A stretch of 64,000 bases of DNA from Candidatus Omnitrophota bacterium. Lineage in GTDB: Bacteria; Omnitrophota; Gorgyraeia; Tantalellales; Tantalellaceae. Under the pieces are notes generated by a model. That model was given only the letters and a program-made list of their open reading frames with translations. It did not search any database and was not told the origin of the DNA. Location of the stretch: the NCBI GenBank assembly GCA_015231405.1, contig JADGBR010000003.1, positions 93,549 through 157,548 on the forward strand, written 5' to 3'. Position numbers and translations under genes: made by a program. Shown here in pieces: positions 19,859-29,793 of this stretch; within the stretch, counting starts at the first letter, position 1, and each line of letters starts with the position of its first letter.

Positions 19859-19926
19859 GATTTAGAGCTATCGGCTAAAGGGATCTTAAAAGCTGATAGC
19901 TGAAAGCTAAGTTTAAAGGAGCGAAA

Positions 19927-20937
19927 ATGGTCAGGGTAGCGGTAGTAGGCGCGACGGGGTATACGGGAGAAGAACTTATAGAATGTCTTTTAAGGAATTC
20001 TAATGTCGAGATAACTTCACTCTCGGCATTGATCGATAAACCCACCAAGTTCTCTTCTCTGCACCCGAGATTCGCCGGTCGGACCGACATAACATGCAAG
20101 GAACTCAATGTGGATGAGGTGGCGGAAAAGGCAGATGTCGTTTTTCTCGCTTTGCCGCACACTTTATCCATGAAGTTCGCGCCTCAATTGCTCGCTAAGG
20201 GCAAGAGGGTCATAGATCTGTCCGCGGATTACAGGCTTCCGGCTGATGTTTATGAAAAATGGTACACGGGGCATCTCGACAAAGGCAACATAGAGAAGGC
20301 CGTGTACGGGCTTCCGGAGTTGAACAGGAAAAAAATAAAGGGTGCGGCCTTTATCTCTAATCCGGGATGCTATCCCACAAGCGTTATTTTGGCGCTTTTG
20401 CCGCTTATTAAGCTTATTACCGCGGAGGGCGTAGAGCCGATAATCGATTCCAAGAGCGGGGCTACGGGTGCCGGGAGAAAAGCCGCGCTTAGCTTATGTT
20501 TCGGAGAGGTCGACCAGAACCTCAGGTGCTATAAAGCTAACGAACATCAGCATATGCCTGAGATGGAACATGTTCTATCTAATGCGGCGGGAAAAGCGGT
20601 GAAGCTGCATTTTACGCCGCATCTTCTGCCGATACGTAGGGGTATAATGTCGACCATTTATCTGAAGGGCGAATCTTTTAAGGACGCCGGTAAATTGCAT
20701 GGCCTTATGACGGAGTATTATAGGAACGAGCCTTTTGTCAGGATAAGGCCTTTCGGGACGTTCCCGGAGATACTTGAAGTGGCCGGAACGAATTACTGCG
20801 ACATAGGCATAAAGCACGCCGGCGGCATTACGATCATAGTGTCGGTCATAGATAACCTTTTAAAAGGCGCCAGCGGTCAAGCTACGCAGAACCTGAACAT
20901 TATGTGCGGATTCGACGAACGGACAGGGCTTATTTGA
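19927..20937 (+). CDS. argC: N-acetyl-gamma-glutamyl-phosphate reductase
   Basis: 336 aa. The N-terminal NAD-binding motif is VAVVGATGYTGEEL. The active-site region is PGCYPTS. The RBS is aaaggag. Confidence 0.93.
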   Translation: MVRVAVVGATGYTGEELIECLLRNSNVEITSLSALIDKPTKFSSLHPRFAGRTDITCKELNVDEVAEKADVVFLALPHTLSMKFAPQLLAKGKRVIDLSADYRLPADVYEKWYTGHLDKGNIEKAVYGLPELNRKKIKGAAFISNPGCYPTSVILALLPLIKLITAEGVEPIIDSKSGATGAGRKAALSLCFGEVDQNLRCYKANEHQHMPEMEHVLSNAAGKAVKLHFTPHLLPIRRGIMSTIYLKGESFKDAGKLHGLMTEYYRNEPFVRIRPFGTFPEILEVAGTNYCDIGIKHAGGITIIVSVIDNLLKGASGQATQNLNIMCGFDERTGLI

Positions 20938-20940
20938 AAC

Positions 20941-20990
20941 GTAGGACGTGAGACGTAGGACGTCCTACGTCCCACATCCTACGTCCTACG
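20941..20990. repeat. palindromic heptamer-repeat hairpin (gtaggacg / gtgagacg units mirrored)
   Basis: As read: gtaggacgtgagacgtaggacgtcctacgtcccacatcctacgtcctac. Confidence 0.8.
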
Positions 20991-21027
20991 TTAACTCATG
21001 GGTTGTCGATCACGACGAGAAGGGTGG

Positions 21028-22218
21028 AATATGGGGACAAAACTACCGAAGGGATTCACGGCAAACGGCATTCACTCGGGGCTGAAAAAGAAGAGGAAGG
21101 ACCTTTCCCTTTTCTTTTCGAGCGAGCTTTGCGAGTTCGCCGCGCTTTTCACTAAAAATGTGGTCAAAGCCGCGCCGATAATAGTCGGTGAGGATATCCT
21201 CGAACGCTCGAAAGGGTTGAGGGCGGTAATAGTCAATTCAGGTAACGCGAACTGTATGACAGGTGACGAGGGTATTAAGGACGCTAAAAGGATGTGCTCA
21301 ATAACGGCTAAGGCCCTGGGTGTTAAGGAGAACGAAGTATTCGTGTCCTCTACAGGGATAATAGGCCGGCGTATGGACCTCACCCCGGTCGAGAAAGGCA
21401 TGAAGGACCTGGTGGGCGGATTGTCAGTGGATGGGTTCCAGCTGGCCGCCGAAGGGATAATGACGACGGATAAATTCATGAAGGTAGCTACGGCGGAGTT
21501 TAAACTGAACGGAAAGAAAGTGATCATTTCGGGAGTGACGAAAGGGGCCGGCATGGTAAAGCCGGAAATGGCTACCATGCTCGCGTATATTCTCACGGAC
21601 GCGTCGATCTCGAAGAGCGCCCTTCTTAACCTGCTCAAGGAAGTGAACGACGAGACATTCAACGCCATAACAGTGGACGGCGATATGAGTACCAACGATA
21701 CGGTTGTTTTACTGGCGAACGGCAAAGCCGGGAACAGGAAGATAGAATCGGGGGATAGCGGGTACTTGCTGTTCAAGGAGCACCTGGCGGATGTTATGAC
21801 ACGCCTTGCAAAGATGATAGTCGAGGACGGTGAAGGCGCCTCGAGGATAATGGACATCAAAGTGAAAGGGGCTGGGACTAAAAAGGAAGCCAGGCAGGTA
21901 GCCGGGGCTATAGCCGATTCTCTTCTCCTCAAGTGCGCCGTGCATGGCGGCGACCCCAACTGGGGAAGAGTGGCCGCGGCGGCTGGAGCCGCCGGCGTGG
22001 ATTTCGACCCGGATAAAATGGAGATAGCGCTCGACAATGTGGTCTTTTTCAGGAACGCGAAGTGCATAGTGCCGTCCAAAGCTAAGAGGAACAAGGTATT
22101 TAAGGGTAAAGAGGTCGAGATAACGGTCGATCTCCACGAAGGGCAGTGCGATGCCAGAATGTGGGCGAGCGATATGACGAGGGAGTATATAAAGATCAAC
22201 TCGTTCTATTCGACATAG
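21028..22218 (+). CDS. argJ: bifunctional ornithine acetyltransferase / N-acetylglutamate synthase
   Basis: The self-cleavage and active-site region is ATMLAYILTDA. The N-terminal is GF.A.GI. The start is taken at the ATG with RBS gaagggtgg (MGTKLPKGF) rather than at the upstream in-frame ATG. Confidence 0.9.
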   Translation, partial: NMGTKLPKGFTANGIHSGLKKKRKDLSLFFSSELCEFAALFTKNVVKAAPIIVGEDILERSKGLRAVIVNSGNANCMTGDEGIKDAKRMCSITAKALGVKENEVFVSSTGIIGRRMDLTPVEKGMKDLVGGLSVDGFQLAAEGIMTTDKFMKVATAEFKLNGKKVIISGVTKGAGMVKPEMATMLAYILTDASISKSALLNLLKEVNDETFNAITVDGDMSTNDTVVLLANGKAGNRKIESGDSGYLLFKEHLADVMTRLAKMIVEDGEGASRIMDIKVKGAGTKKEARQVAGAIADSLLLKCAVHGGDPNWGRVAAAAGAAGVDFDPDKMEIALDNVVFFRNAKCIVPSKAKRNKVFKGKEVEITVDLHEGQCDARMWASDMTREYIKINSFYST

Positions 22219-22254
22219 GGATTGCTTCGGGCACTTCGTGCCCTCGCAATGACG
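22219..22254. repeat. fragment of the MITE-like intergenic element (3' core half: gattgcttcgggcacttcgtgccctcgcaatgacgg)
   Basis: It is identical to the core 3' half of the full copies at 25364, 29590 and 36284. It accounts for the spurious MLRALRALAMT N-terminal extension of the argB ORF. Confidence 0.8.
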
Positions 22255-22269
22255 GAAATAAAGGACAAT

Positions 22270-23130
22270 ATGCAGGAAGCGATAAGAAAGAGCGAGGTGC
22301 TGATAGAGGCGTTGCCGTATATAAAGAAATTTTACGGCAAGATCGTGGTCATTAAGTACGGCGGCAGTTCCATCCACAGGGAAGAGGAAAGGGACAAGGT
22401 CCTCCAGGATATTATTTTCATGAAATACGCCGGGATGAAGCCGATACTTGTCCATGGCGGCGGACCTAACATCAGCCAGAAGCTTAAGGAAGCTAACATA
22501 GTCACCCAGTTCATAGACGGGCTCAGGGTGACCTGCGAAAGGACCATGGGGATCGTGGATTCGGTCCTTACCGGTATTAACAGGGACCTTGTCGCGGAGA
22601 TCAACCAGCTAGGGGGAGAAGCGTTCGGCTTGTCGGGAAAAGAGAATAATCTTATCCAGACAAGGCCCAAGGACGGGGCTAATGGGTTGGGATATGTAGG
22701 GACTATTAACGCGGTTGATACTACCATTATAGCCAGACTTATAGAAACGAACATGATACCCGTCGTCTCTCCGGTCGGTAAGGGCGACGACGATAAATTA
22801 TATAACGTGAACGCGGACGAAGCGGCGTACAGTGTGGCGTCTGCGCTCAGGGCTGAAAAGATAGTTTTTATGACGGATGTGATCGGCGTTATGGCGAACA
22901 AGGACGACGCCGGTTCGCTCTATCATTCGCTTACGGCCGATAACGTGAAGAAGCTTATCAATGACGGAGTGATAACCGGGGGAATGCTGCCCAAAGTGAA
23001 CGCCTGTTTAAGGGCCATCGAGGGCGGAGTGCAGAAAGCGCATATAGTACTGGCCGGTCTTCCGCACGCGCTTCTTCTCGAGATATTCACAGATAAAGGT
23101 ATCGGAACGGAGATAGTGGGGAGTAAGTAG
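22270..23130 (+). CDS. argB: acetylglutamate kinase
   Basis: The motifs are IKYGGS and VLVHGGGP, and the amino-acid kinase fold is recognisable. The start is moved to the ATG after the repeat fragment (MQEAIRKSEVL...). Confidence 0.9.
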   Translation: MQEAIRKSEVLIEALPYIKKFYGKIVVIKYGGSSIHREEERDKVLQDIIFMKYAGMKPILVHGGGPNISQKLKEANIVTQFIDGLRVTCERTMGIVDSVLTGINRDLVAEINQLGGEAFGLSGKENNLIQTRPKDGANGLGYVGTINAVDTTIIARLIETNMIPVVSPVGKGDDDKLYNVNADEAAYSVASALRAEKIVFMTDVIGVMANKDDAGSLYHSLTADNVKKLINDGVITGGMLPKVNACLRAIEGGVQKAHIVLAGLPHALLLEIFTDKGIGTEIVGSK

Positions 23131-23225
23131 ATTGTGCACCCTCCTTCGCCAAGGCTTCGGAGGGCAGGCGGGTGCACGGGTTGTTGTAAAGGACCATAGT
23201 CCATGGTCCATGGTCCATGGTCAAA
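23131..23225. repeat. composite intergenic hairpins: gtgcaccctcc...ggagggcaggcgggtgcac, then a (ggaccatgg)-type palindrome
   Basis: Read directly. The ggaccatgg-type palindrome also occurs at 26839-26873 and 53144-53184. Confidence 0.8.
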
Positions 23226-23249
23226 CGGTGTTGATACAAAGGAAGCAAA

Positions 23250-24437
23250 ATGAACTTATCTGAAATAAAGGAACTATACGGCAATTACGTCCTGAATACC
23301 TATTTCAAACAGGATCTCTGTCTCGTTAAGGGCAGGGGCGCGAAGGTCGAGGACTCGGAGGGGAAGAAGTATCTGGATTTCTTTCCGGGCTGGGCCGTGA
23401 GCGGTATCGGGCATTGTCACCCGCTCGTCGTGAAAAGGGTGAAGGAACAGCTCTCTAAAATAATGCATGTCTCGAATAATTTTTACAGCGAGCTTCAGCC
23501 GCTTCTGGCTAAAAAAATAATCGAGTATTCTTTCCCCGGCAGGGTCTTTTTCGCGAATAGCGGGGCCGAGGCCAACGAAGGCGCGATAAAACTGGCGAGG
23601 AAATACGGCTCCGCTTCCGGGCGGTACGAGATCATCACCATGGAGAAGTCTTTTCACGGACGTACGATGGCGGCTATCAGCGCGACCGGGCAGGATAAGG
23701 TAAAGCACGGGTTCGAGCCGCTCCTTGAAGGGTTTAAACACGTGCCTTTTAACGATATAAATGCCGTTCTTCAAGCCGTTACGCCTAAAACGGTAGCCGT
23801 GATGGTTGAGCCCATACAGGGTGAAGGCGGGATAAACGTTCCTGACAAGGAATATATGAAGGCTCTTTCGGCTATATGTAAAGAGAAGGATCTGCTCCTC
23901 ATCCTGGACGAAGTTCAGACCTGCATGGGCCGTACGGGCGAGATGTTCGCGTACAGGCTCTTTGATGTCGAGCCCGCGGCGATAACGCTCGCGAAATCGC
24001 TTGGGGGAGGCATGCCCATAGGGGCGCTTGTCGTGGCCGAACGGTTCAAGGATGTTCTTGTTCCTGGAAATCACGCCTCGACTTTCGGCGGGAGCCCCAT
24101 AGTATGCTCGGCGGCTTTGGCGGTATTCGAGGCTATCGAGAACGAAGGGCTTCTTGAAAATACGCGTTCCATGGGTGAATATCTCAGGGAAAAGCTGGAG
24201 AAGATAAAGAAAAAGACCGGTCTTATAAGCAAGGTGAAGGGACACGGCCTCATGGTGGGCGTCGAGCTCAATATGGAGGATGGCGGTCCTCTCGCGGTAA
24301 AATGCCTCGGAGGCGGTCTTCTCATAAACTGCACACAGAAGAATATTCTCCGGATAATGCCGCCGATGAATGTCGGTAAAAAGGATATAGATAAGGCCAT
24401 GAAAATACTCCAAAAAGCCATGGAGTCGACACAGTAA
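23250..24437 (+). CDS. argD: acetylornithine aminotransferase (class III PLP-dependent)
   Basis: 395 aa. The motifs are FANSGAEANEGAIKLAR, ILDEVQTCMGRTG and LAKSLGGGMPIGA. The RBS is aaaggaag. Confidence 0.9.
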   Translation: MNLSEIKELYGNYVLNTYFKQDLCLVKGRGAKVEDSEGKKYLDFFPGWAVSGIGHCHPLVVKRVKEQLSKIMHVSNNFYSELQPLLAKKIIEYSFPGRVFFANSGAEANEGAIKLARKYGSASGRYEIITMEKSFHGRTMAAISATGQDKVKHGFEPLLEGFKHVPFNDINAVLQAVTPKTVAVMVEPIQGEGGINVPDKEYMKALSAICKEKDLLLILDEVQTCMGRTGEMFAYRLFDVEPAAITLAKSLGGGMPIGALVVAERFKDVLVPGNHASTFGGSPIVCSAALAVFEAIENEGLLENTRSMGEYLREKLEKIKKKTGLISKVKGHGLMVGVELNMEDGGPLAVKCLGGGLLINCTQKNILRIMPPMNVGKKDIDKAMKILQKAMESTQ

Positions 24438-25354
24438 TGAATAAGGACCTGGTAACGATATCGAGTTTGAGCGAATCCGAGATAAGGGAGCTCCTGGTCC
24501 TTACGGGTAAGCTCAAGAAGTCCCCTTTCCTAATGGGAGAGCCGTTAAAACAGAGGACGCTGGCGCTTCTTTTTCAGAAGCCCTCGAACCGGACGCGCAT
24601 ATCTTTCGAGGTCGCTATGACCCATCTCGGCGGATATACGTTATACCTGAGCCCCGGAGAGATCGACATGGGAAGGCGTGAGCCGCCCAAGGACGTGGCC
24701 CAGGTCCTTTCACGCTACGTGGATTGCATAGTGGCGAGGGTATACGCCCACGACGATATAATCACGCTTGCCGAAAATTCGAGCGTCCCGGTGATAAACG
24801 GCCTTTCGGACAGGGCGCATCCGTGCCAGGCGCTATCCGATATTTTTACGGTATTGGAAAAATTCGGGACCTTCAAAGGGATAAAGCTCGCTTATGTGGG
24901 CGACGGGAACAATGTCCTTAATTCGCTCATGATAGCCTGCGCCAAGGTTGGCCTGGATATCGTTACGGCTACGCCCCGCGGGTATGAGCCGACGGAATCT
25001 ATTGTTAGCGAGGGTATCGAGATAGCCGCGAAGACCGGCTCTTCCGTCAAGGTGATGAAAGATCCGTTCGAAGCGGTGCGCGGCGCGGACATCGTTTACA
25101 CAGACGTCTGGGTCAGTATGGGGCAGGAAGACGAAAGGGATAAGAGGCTTAAGGATTTCAGGGACTACCAGATAAACGAGAAGTTAATGAAAAGTACGGA
25201 AAAAAAGACGCTTCTCATGCATTGTCTACCGGCGCATCGCGGCGAAGAGGTAACGGACGTCATAGACGGTCCGAACTCGATCATATACGATCAGGCGGAG
25301 AACCGCATGCATATGCAGAAGGCGATATTATATACTTTGTTGGCAAAAAGATAA
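24437..25354 (+). CDS. argF: ornithine carbamoyltransferase
   Basis: The carbamoyl-phosphate binding motif is SNRTRISFE. The ornithine site is HCLPAHRGEEV. The ATG overlaps the argD TAA by one nucleotide (taATG). Confidence 0.93.
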   Translation: MNKDLVTISSLSESEIRELLVLTGKLKKSPFLMGEPLKQRTLALLFQKPSNRTRISFEVAMTHLGGYTLYLSPGEIDMGRREPPKDVAQVLSRYVDCIVARVYAHDDIITLAENSSVPVINGLSDRAHPCQALSDIFTVLEKFGTFKGIKLAYVGDGNNVLNSLMIACAKVGLDIVTATPRGYEPTESIVSEGIEIAAKTGSSVKVMKDPFEAVRGADIVYTDVWVSMGQEDERDKRLKDFRDYQINEKLMKSTEKKTLLMHCLPAHRGEEVTDVIDGPNSIIYDQAENRMHMQKAILYTLLAKR

Positions 25355-25363
25355 GTAACCAGT

Positions 25364-25534
25364 CAGATTGTGTCGCAATTCGAATATTAGCTCAATTCGT
25401 CATTGCGGGGAGTGAGCGACGAAGGAGCGAATGACGAAGCAATCCCTGTAAAAATAATTTATAGAGATTGCTTCGGGCACTTCGTGCCCTCGCAAAGACG
25501 GTCATTTTGTTGAAAATTGTTATTGTGACAAAGT
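25364..25534 (+). mobile_element. MITE-like nonautonomous element, copy 1 (3' terminal inverted repeat degenerate)
   Basis: 5' TIR cagattgtgtcgcaat; internal aattcgaatattagc; double-palindromic core (tcgtcattgcgggg..gacgaagcaatcc ... gattgcttcgggcacttcgtgccctcgcaaagacgg); 3' end ttgttattgtgacaaagt. It is alignable end to end with copies at 29590 and 36284. Confidence 0.75.
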
Positions 25535-25618
25535 ATGAGTGGCCAGTAAACAGATGCAATAAAGACAGGGCGTTTAACGCTCTGGTTACTATTTCGTAAC
25601 ATTTATGGAGGATGGAGC

Positions 25619-26791
25619 ATGTCTAAGAAGAAAGTAGTACTCGCGTATTCCGGCGGGCTCGACACATCAGTGGCGATACGCTGGCTGATGGATAAGGGGT
25701 ATGAGGTTATCTGCTACATGGCGGATGTCGGGCAGGGGGCGGATACTAAGGACGCCAGGGACAGGGCTTTTAAAATAGGGGCGAAAAAATGTTTCGTGGG
25801 CGACCTTAAGAAGAAGTTCGTCACGGATTACGTGTTTCCCGCGATCAAGGCCGGGGCGCTCTACCAGGGAAAGTACAACCTGGCGACAGCCCTTTCGAGG
25901 CCCATAATAGCCGACGCCATGGTCGAAGTCGCGAAAAAGGAAAAAGCCGATTTTGTCGCGCACGGCTGCACCGGTAAAGGCAATGACCAGGTCAGGTTCG
26001 AGGTGACGTTCCACGTTAAAGCGCCGGGTATCAAGGTGTTCGCTCCTGTACGCGAATGGGAGCTTAAAACCCGCGAGGATGAGATCGACTACGCGGCTAA
26101 AAAAGGTATCCCGATAAACCAGACAAAGAAGAAACTTTATTCCATAGACCACAACCTCTGGGGGATAAGCGTAGAAGGCGGCCCTCTCGAGGACCCGTGG
26201 CTGGAGCCGCTGGACAATACCTATGTATCCGTCGTGCCGCCGGAGAAGGCGCCGTCCAAGCCGGAATACGTGAGCGTCTCTTTTAAAAAAGGCGTACCGG
26301 TTGCTGTCAACGGAAAGACCATGGACCCGGTCGAGCTGATCATGAAACTGAATAAGATAGGCGCAAAACACTCACTCGGCAGGATAGACATGATAGAGGA
26401 CAGGTTGGTTGGTATCAAATCGCGCGAATTGTACGAAGCTCCCGCGTCGGCGATACTTTACGAAGCCCATACGGCGCTCGAGGAACTCGCGCTCGACAGG
26501 GAGACCAGGCGCTTCAAAAAAGGCGTTTCGGACTGTTATTCGGAGCTCGTGTATTACGGGCTTTGGTTCACTCCTCTTAAAGTCGCGCTGGACGCTTTCG
26601 TCGACGTCACACAGGAAAGGGTCACCGGTGAAGTGAGGATAAAGATGTATAAAGGTAAAGCCTCGGTAGCTTCGAGGAAAAGCCCGTTCTCGAGATATTC
26701 GAAGAAGCTGGCGACTTACGGCGAAGGCGACGTCTTCGACCAGTCGCTCGCGAAAGGATTTATAGACATTTGGGCAATGCCTTACAAATGA
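25619..26791 (+). CDS. argG: argininosuccinate synthase
   Basis: The N-terminal PP-loop is AYSGGLDTSV. The motif is AHGCTGKGNDQVRFE. The RBS is ggaggatggagc. Confidence 0.93.
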   Translation: MSKKKVVLAYSGGLDTSVAIRWLMDKGYEVICYMADVGQGADTKDARDRAFKIGAKKCFVGDLKKKFVTDYVFPAIKAGALYQGKYNLATALSRPIIADAMVEVAKKEKADFVAHGCTGKGNDQVRFEVTFHVKAPGIKVFAPVREWELKTREDEIDYAAKKGIPINQTKKKLYSIDHNLWGISVEGGPLEDPWLEPLDNTYVSVVPPEKAPSKPEYVSVSFKKGVPVAVNGKTMDPVELIMKLNKIGAKHSLGRIDMIEDRLVGIKSRELYEAPASAILYEAHTALEELALDRETRRFKKGVSDCYSELVYYGLWFTPLKVALDAFVDVTQERVTGEVRIKMYKGKASVASRKSPFSRYSKKLATYGEGDVFDQSLAKGFIDIWAMPYK

Positions 26792-26809
26792 GTAATGGGA
26801 TAAGCGTAA

Positions 26810-26873
26810 GGTCGAAGGTGGAAGGTCGAAGGTCGAGGGGCCATGGTCTATGGTCCATAGTCCATGGTCTGAC
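26810..26873. repeat. heptamer tandem repeat (ggtcgaa/ggtggaa x4) followed by a ggccatggtctatggtccatagtccatggtc palindrome
   Basis: Read directly between argG and argH. Confidence 0.8.
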
Positions 26874-26885
26874 AAGGAGGCTAAA

Positions 26886-28265
26886 ATGAGCGCGAAGCTG
26901 TGGGGCGGGCGTTTCCGGAAGGACTCGATGGACTCACTTGTCATGAAATTCACTTCCAGCCTCGATGTGGACAAGATCCTCTTGAAGTATGACTGTTTGA
27001 GCACAAAGGTCCATGTGGAGATGCTCGAGAAAACGGGATATGTCACCCCAAAAGAGAGAAAGGAGATAACCCGGGCTCTCGACCTCCTCATTAAAGACCA
27101 TGATAAGATACTCGCCGGCGTGAAAGGCTACGAGGATATACATTCTTTTGTCCAGGACTTCGTCGAGTCTAAGGCACCCCAGGCGGCGAAAAAAATGCAT
27201 ACGGGGAGGTCCAGGAACGAGCAGGTGGTCAACGACGTGAGGCTCTACTGTATGGAAGAGATAACGGCGATACGGCGCCTTATAGCGGAACTCGAGATGT
27301 CGCTGGTCGAACTCGCCGAGGAGAACATAAAGGTCATCATCCCGGGATACACCCACTTGAACCATGCCCAGCCGATACTTTTTTCGCATCTCGTTATGTC
27401 ATATGTCGAGATGCTTGAAAGGGACTCTTCGAGACTTCTGGACGCCAGGAAGCGCGTCGATATGTCAGTGATGGGTTCGGGCGCGATAGCCGGTTCCGCT
27501 CTCAGGCTGGACAGGGAGTTCACCGCCCGAAAGTCAGGTTTCAGCGGGATATCGGCCAATAGTATCGATTCGGTCAGTGACAGGGATTTTATTGTCGAGA
27601 TAGTCTCGGCGATAAGCATGCTGGGCGTGCATCTTTCGAGGATCAGCGAGGACTTCATCCTATATTCGACGGGCGAGTTCGGTTTTATAGACATAGGGGA
27701 AGAGTATTGTACCGGGAGCTCTCTCATGCCGCAGAAGAAAAATGCGGACGTACTTGAGCTGGCTAGGGGCCGATCATCGTTCTTTATAGGAGCGCTCGCT
27801 TCGCTCCTTACTCTTCTCAAGGGACTGCCGCACGCCTATAACAGGGACCTGCAGGAGGACAAGAGGCATCTTTTCGAGTCGGTCTCGGCCGTAAAGGACG
27901 AGCTCCTTGTTCTATCGAGGCTGGTCGGGACGATCACCGTGGAAGAGGCCGGCATCGCCGCGCAGATGGACGACGAGTTCCTTCTCTCGACCGACGTCGC
28001 CGAGTATCTGGTGGAAAAGGGCATGCCTTTTAGGGAAGCCCACGCGGTCGTGGGGGCCATGGTCAGGTATTGCATCGATAACGGCAAGGGATTTACCGGG
28101 CTGGATGTTCGAGAGCTCAAGGGGTTTTCGGAGGTTATCGGCGGCGACATATCCCGGATACTCAGCCACGAGTATTCCGTAAAGAACAAAAAAACGCCCG
28201 GCGGGACAAATCCCCGACATGTCGGGAAAGAGATAAAACGCTGGAAACGAAAACTGGAGATATAA
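26886..28265 (+). CDS. argH: argininosuccinate lyase
   Basis: It begins MSAKLWGGRF, and the fumarate lyase signature GSSLMPQKKN is present. The start is chosen at the ATG with RBS aaggagg rather than at the upstream ATG, which lies within the repeat. Confidence 0.93.
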   Translation: MSAKLWGGRFRKDSMDSLVMKFTSSLDVDKILLKYDCLSTKVHVEMLEKTGYVTPKERKEITRALDLLIKDHDKILAGVKGYEDIHSFVQDFVESKAPQAAKKMHTGRSRNEQVVNDVRLYCMEEITAIRRLIAELEMSLVELAEENIKVIIPGYTHLNHAQPILFSHLVMSYVEMLERDSSRLLDARKRVDMSVMGSGAIAGSALRLDREFTARKSGFSGISANSIDSVSDRDFIVEIVSAISMLGVHLSRISEDFILYSTGEFGFIDIGEEYCTGSSLMPQKKNADVLELARGRSSFFIGALASLLTLLKGLPHAYNRDLQEDKRHLFESVSAVKDELLVLSRLVGTITVEEAGIAAQMDDEFLLSTDVAEYLVEKGMPFREAHAVVGAMVRYCIDNGKGFTGLDVRELKGFSEVIGGDISRILSHEYSVKNKKTPGGTNPRHVGKEIKRWKRKLEI

Positions 28266-28268
28266 TTT

Positions 28269-29519
28269 ATGAATGACTTCACGTATAAGGACAACGCTCT
28301 GTATTGCGAGAACGTGCCTGTCAAGGCGATAGCGGATAAGTTCCCGACGCCGTTTTACCTGTACAGCTACGCCACATTTATGGACCATTTCAGGAAGATA
28401 AAAAAAGCTTTCGAAGCGGTAGATCCGCTTATCTGTTTTTCGATGAAGTCGAACTCGAATCTCAGTATAGCCAGAGCGCTGGTCAGGGAAGGGGCCGGGC
28501 TCGATATCGTTTCGGGAGGGGAGCTTTTCAAGGCTCTCAAGGTTGGGTGCCCCGCTGATAGGATAGTTTACGCGAGCGTTGGGAAGACCGAAGCGGAGAT
28601 AGAGTCCGCGATAAGGAGCAACATCCTTTTTTTTAACGTCGAGTCAGTGCCGGAACTTATCATGATAGACACCGTGTCGCGCAGGCTGAAAGAGAAGCCG
28701 AGGGTCGCTCTCAGGGTCAACCCGGACGTTTCGGCCGATACGCACGAATACATAACTACCGGAAAAAAGGAAAACAAGTTCGGGATAGATTTTACGACCG
28801 CCGAGGATATTTTCGATAACGAGAACAAGTACTCGAATGTAAGTCTTGAAGGCATACACGTACATATAGGCTCGCAGATAACCGATACCGAGCCTTTTGT
28901 GAAAGCGATATCGAAGGTGATAGAATTCCTGGAGAAGAGCGCCGTTTCCGTTAAGTGGCTCAATATAGGAGGCGGGTTCGGCATAACCTACGGCCAGGAG
29001 AAAGCCAAGACCGCGGAAGAATTCGCCTCCAGGATCATTCCGCTTGTAAAGGGTAAGGGGTTCAGGCTGATACTCGAGCCGGGCAGGTTCATCATAGGTA
29101 ACGCGGGTATACTGGTGGCGAAGGTGCTGTACATAAAGACAACTTCGGGTGGTAAACGTTTCGCGATAGTGAACGCCGGCATGAACGACCTTATAAGGCC
29201 GAGCCTGTATGACGCCTATCACGAAATAACGCCGGTAGTTAAGCTCCGGTCGGAAACGCACATGTATGATATAGTCGGCCCGATATGCGAAAGCGGGGAT
29301 TTTCTGGGCAAGAACAGGGAACTGCCGGAGCTTGTGGAGGACGAATATCTCGCTGTGATGTCGACCGGCGCTTACGGTTTCGCGATGGCGTCGAATTATA
29401 ATTCACGTCCGAGGCCGGCGGAGCTTCTGGTGAAGAACGGCAGGGTCAGGGTCATACGCCGCGCGGAGACGTATAAAGACCTGATCAGCTGCGAGAAGAT
29501 GCTTAAGGAGTTAAAGTAG
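28269..29519 (+). CDS. lysA: diaminopimelate decarboxylase
   Basis: A PLP-dependent decarboxylase of the alanine-racemase fold: FYLYS...CFSMKSN, HVHIGSQ, and GGGFGITY followed by the C-terminal beta-domain EPGR. Confidence 0.9.
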   Translation: MNDFTYKDNALYCENVPVKAIADKFPTPFYLYSYATFMDHFRKIKKAFEAVDPLICFSMKSNSNLSIARALVREGAGLDIVSGGELFKALKVGCPADRIVYASVGKTEAEIESAIRSNILFFNVESVPELIMIDTVSRRLKEKPRVALRVNPDVSADTHEYITTGKKENKFGIDFTTAEDIFDNENKYSNVSLEGIHVHIGSQITDTEPFVKAISKVIEFLEKSAVSVKWLNIGGGFGITYGQEKAKTAEEFASRIIPLVKGKGFRLILEPGRFIIGNAGILVAKVLYIKTTSGGKRFAIVNAGMNDLIRPSLYDAYHEITPVVKLRSETHMYDIVGPICESGDFLGKNRELPELVEDEYLAVMSTGAYGFAMASNYNSRPRPAELLVKNGRVRVIRRAETYKDLISCEKMLKELK

Positions 29520-29533
29520 GGACGACTGGTTTT

Positions 29534-29589
29534 GTGCACGGGTTTGGAAAAGTGCACGGGTGCACGTGTTCAACGTAGGGGAGGCCCTT
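29534..29589. repeat. intergenic repeats: gtgcacggg direct repeats, then gttcaacgtaggggaggcccttgcag (family shared with 32368 and 17111)
   Basis: Read directly after the lysA stop. Confidence 0.75.
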
Positions 29590-29767
29590 GCAGGCTGTGT
29601 CGCAATTCGAATATTAGCATAATTCGTCATTGCGAGGAGTGAGCGACGAAGGAGCGAACGACGAAGCAATCCCTGTGAAAATAATAAGTTACAGAGATTG
29701 CTTCGGGCACTTCATGCCCTCGCAATGACGGCCAATTTGTTCGAAATTGTTATTACGACACAGTCTG
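29590..29767 (+). mobile_element. MITE-like element, copy 2 (178 bp; TIRs caggctgtgtcgcaat / attacgacacagtctg)
   Basis: A full-length copy with the internal double palindrome. The ORF caller extended dapF into it (MLRALHALAMT...). Confidence 0.8.
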
Positions 29768-29793
29768 TTGTGGCCGCCCTTGACGAGGTAAAA

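Noticed and set aside
22222-22269. N-terminal extension MLRALRALAMTEIKDN of the argB ORF. The same applies to dapF at 29698-29793, dapB at 31527-31622, and the 106-aa ORF at 53150-53470.
   Set aside because: These segments are translations of the MITE-like repeat. The same peptide, MLRAL[RH]ALAMT, appears wherever the element is read in that frame. The true starts lie downstream with proper RBSs.
21072-24413. Long minus-strand ORFs (21072-22199, 21709-22455, 22332-22901, 23274-24413) inside the arg operon
   Set aside because: They sit antisense to argJ, argB and argD, which carry unambiguous enzyme motifs. They are shadow ORFs.
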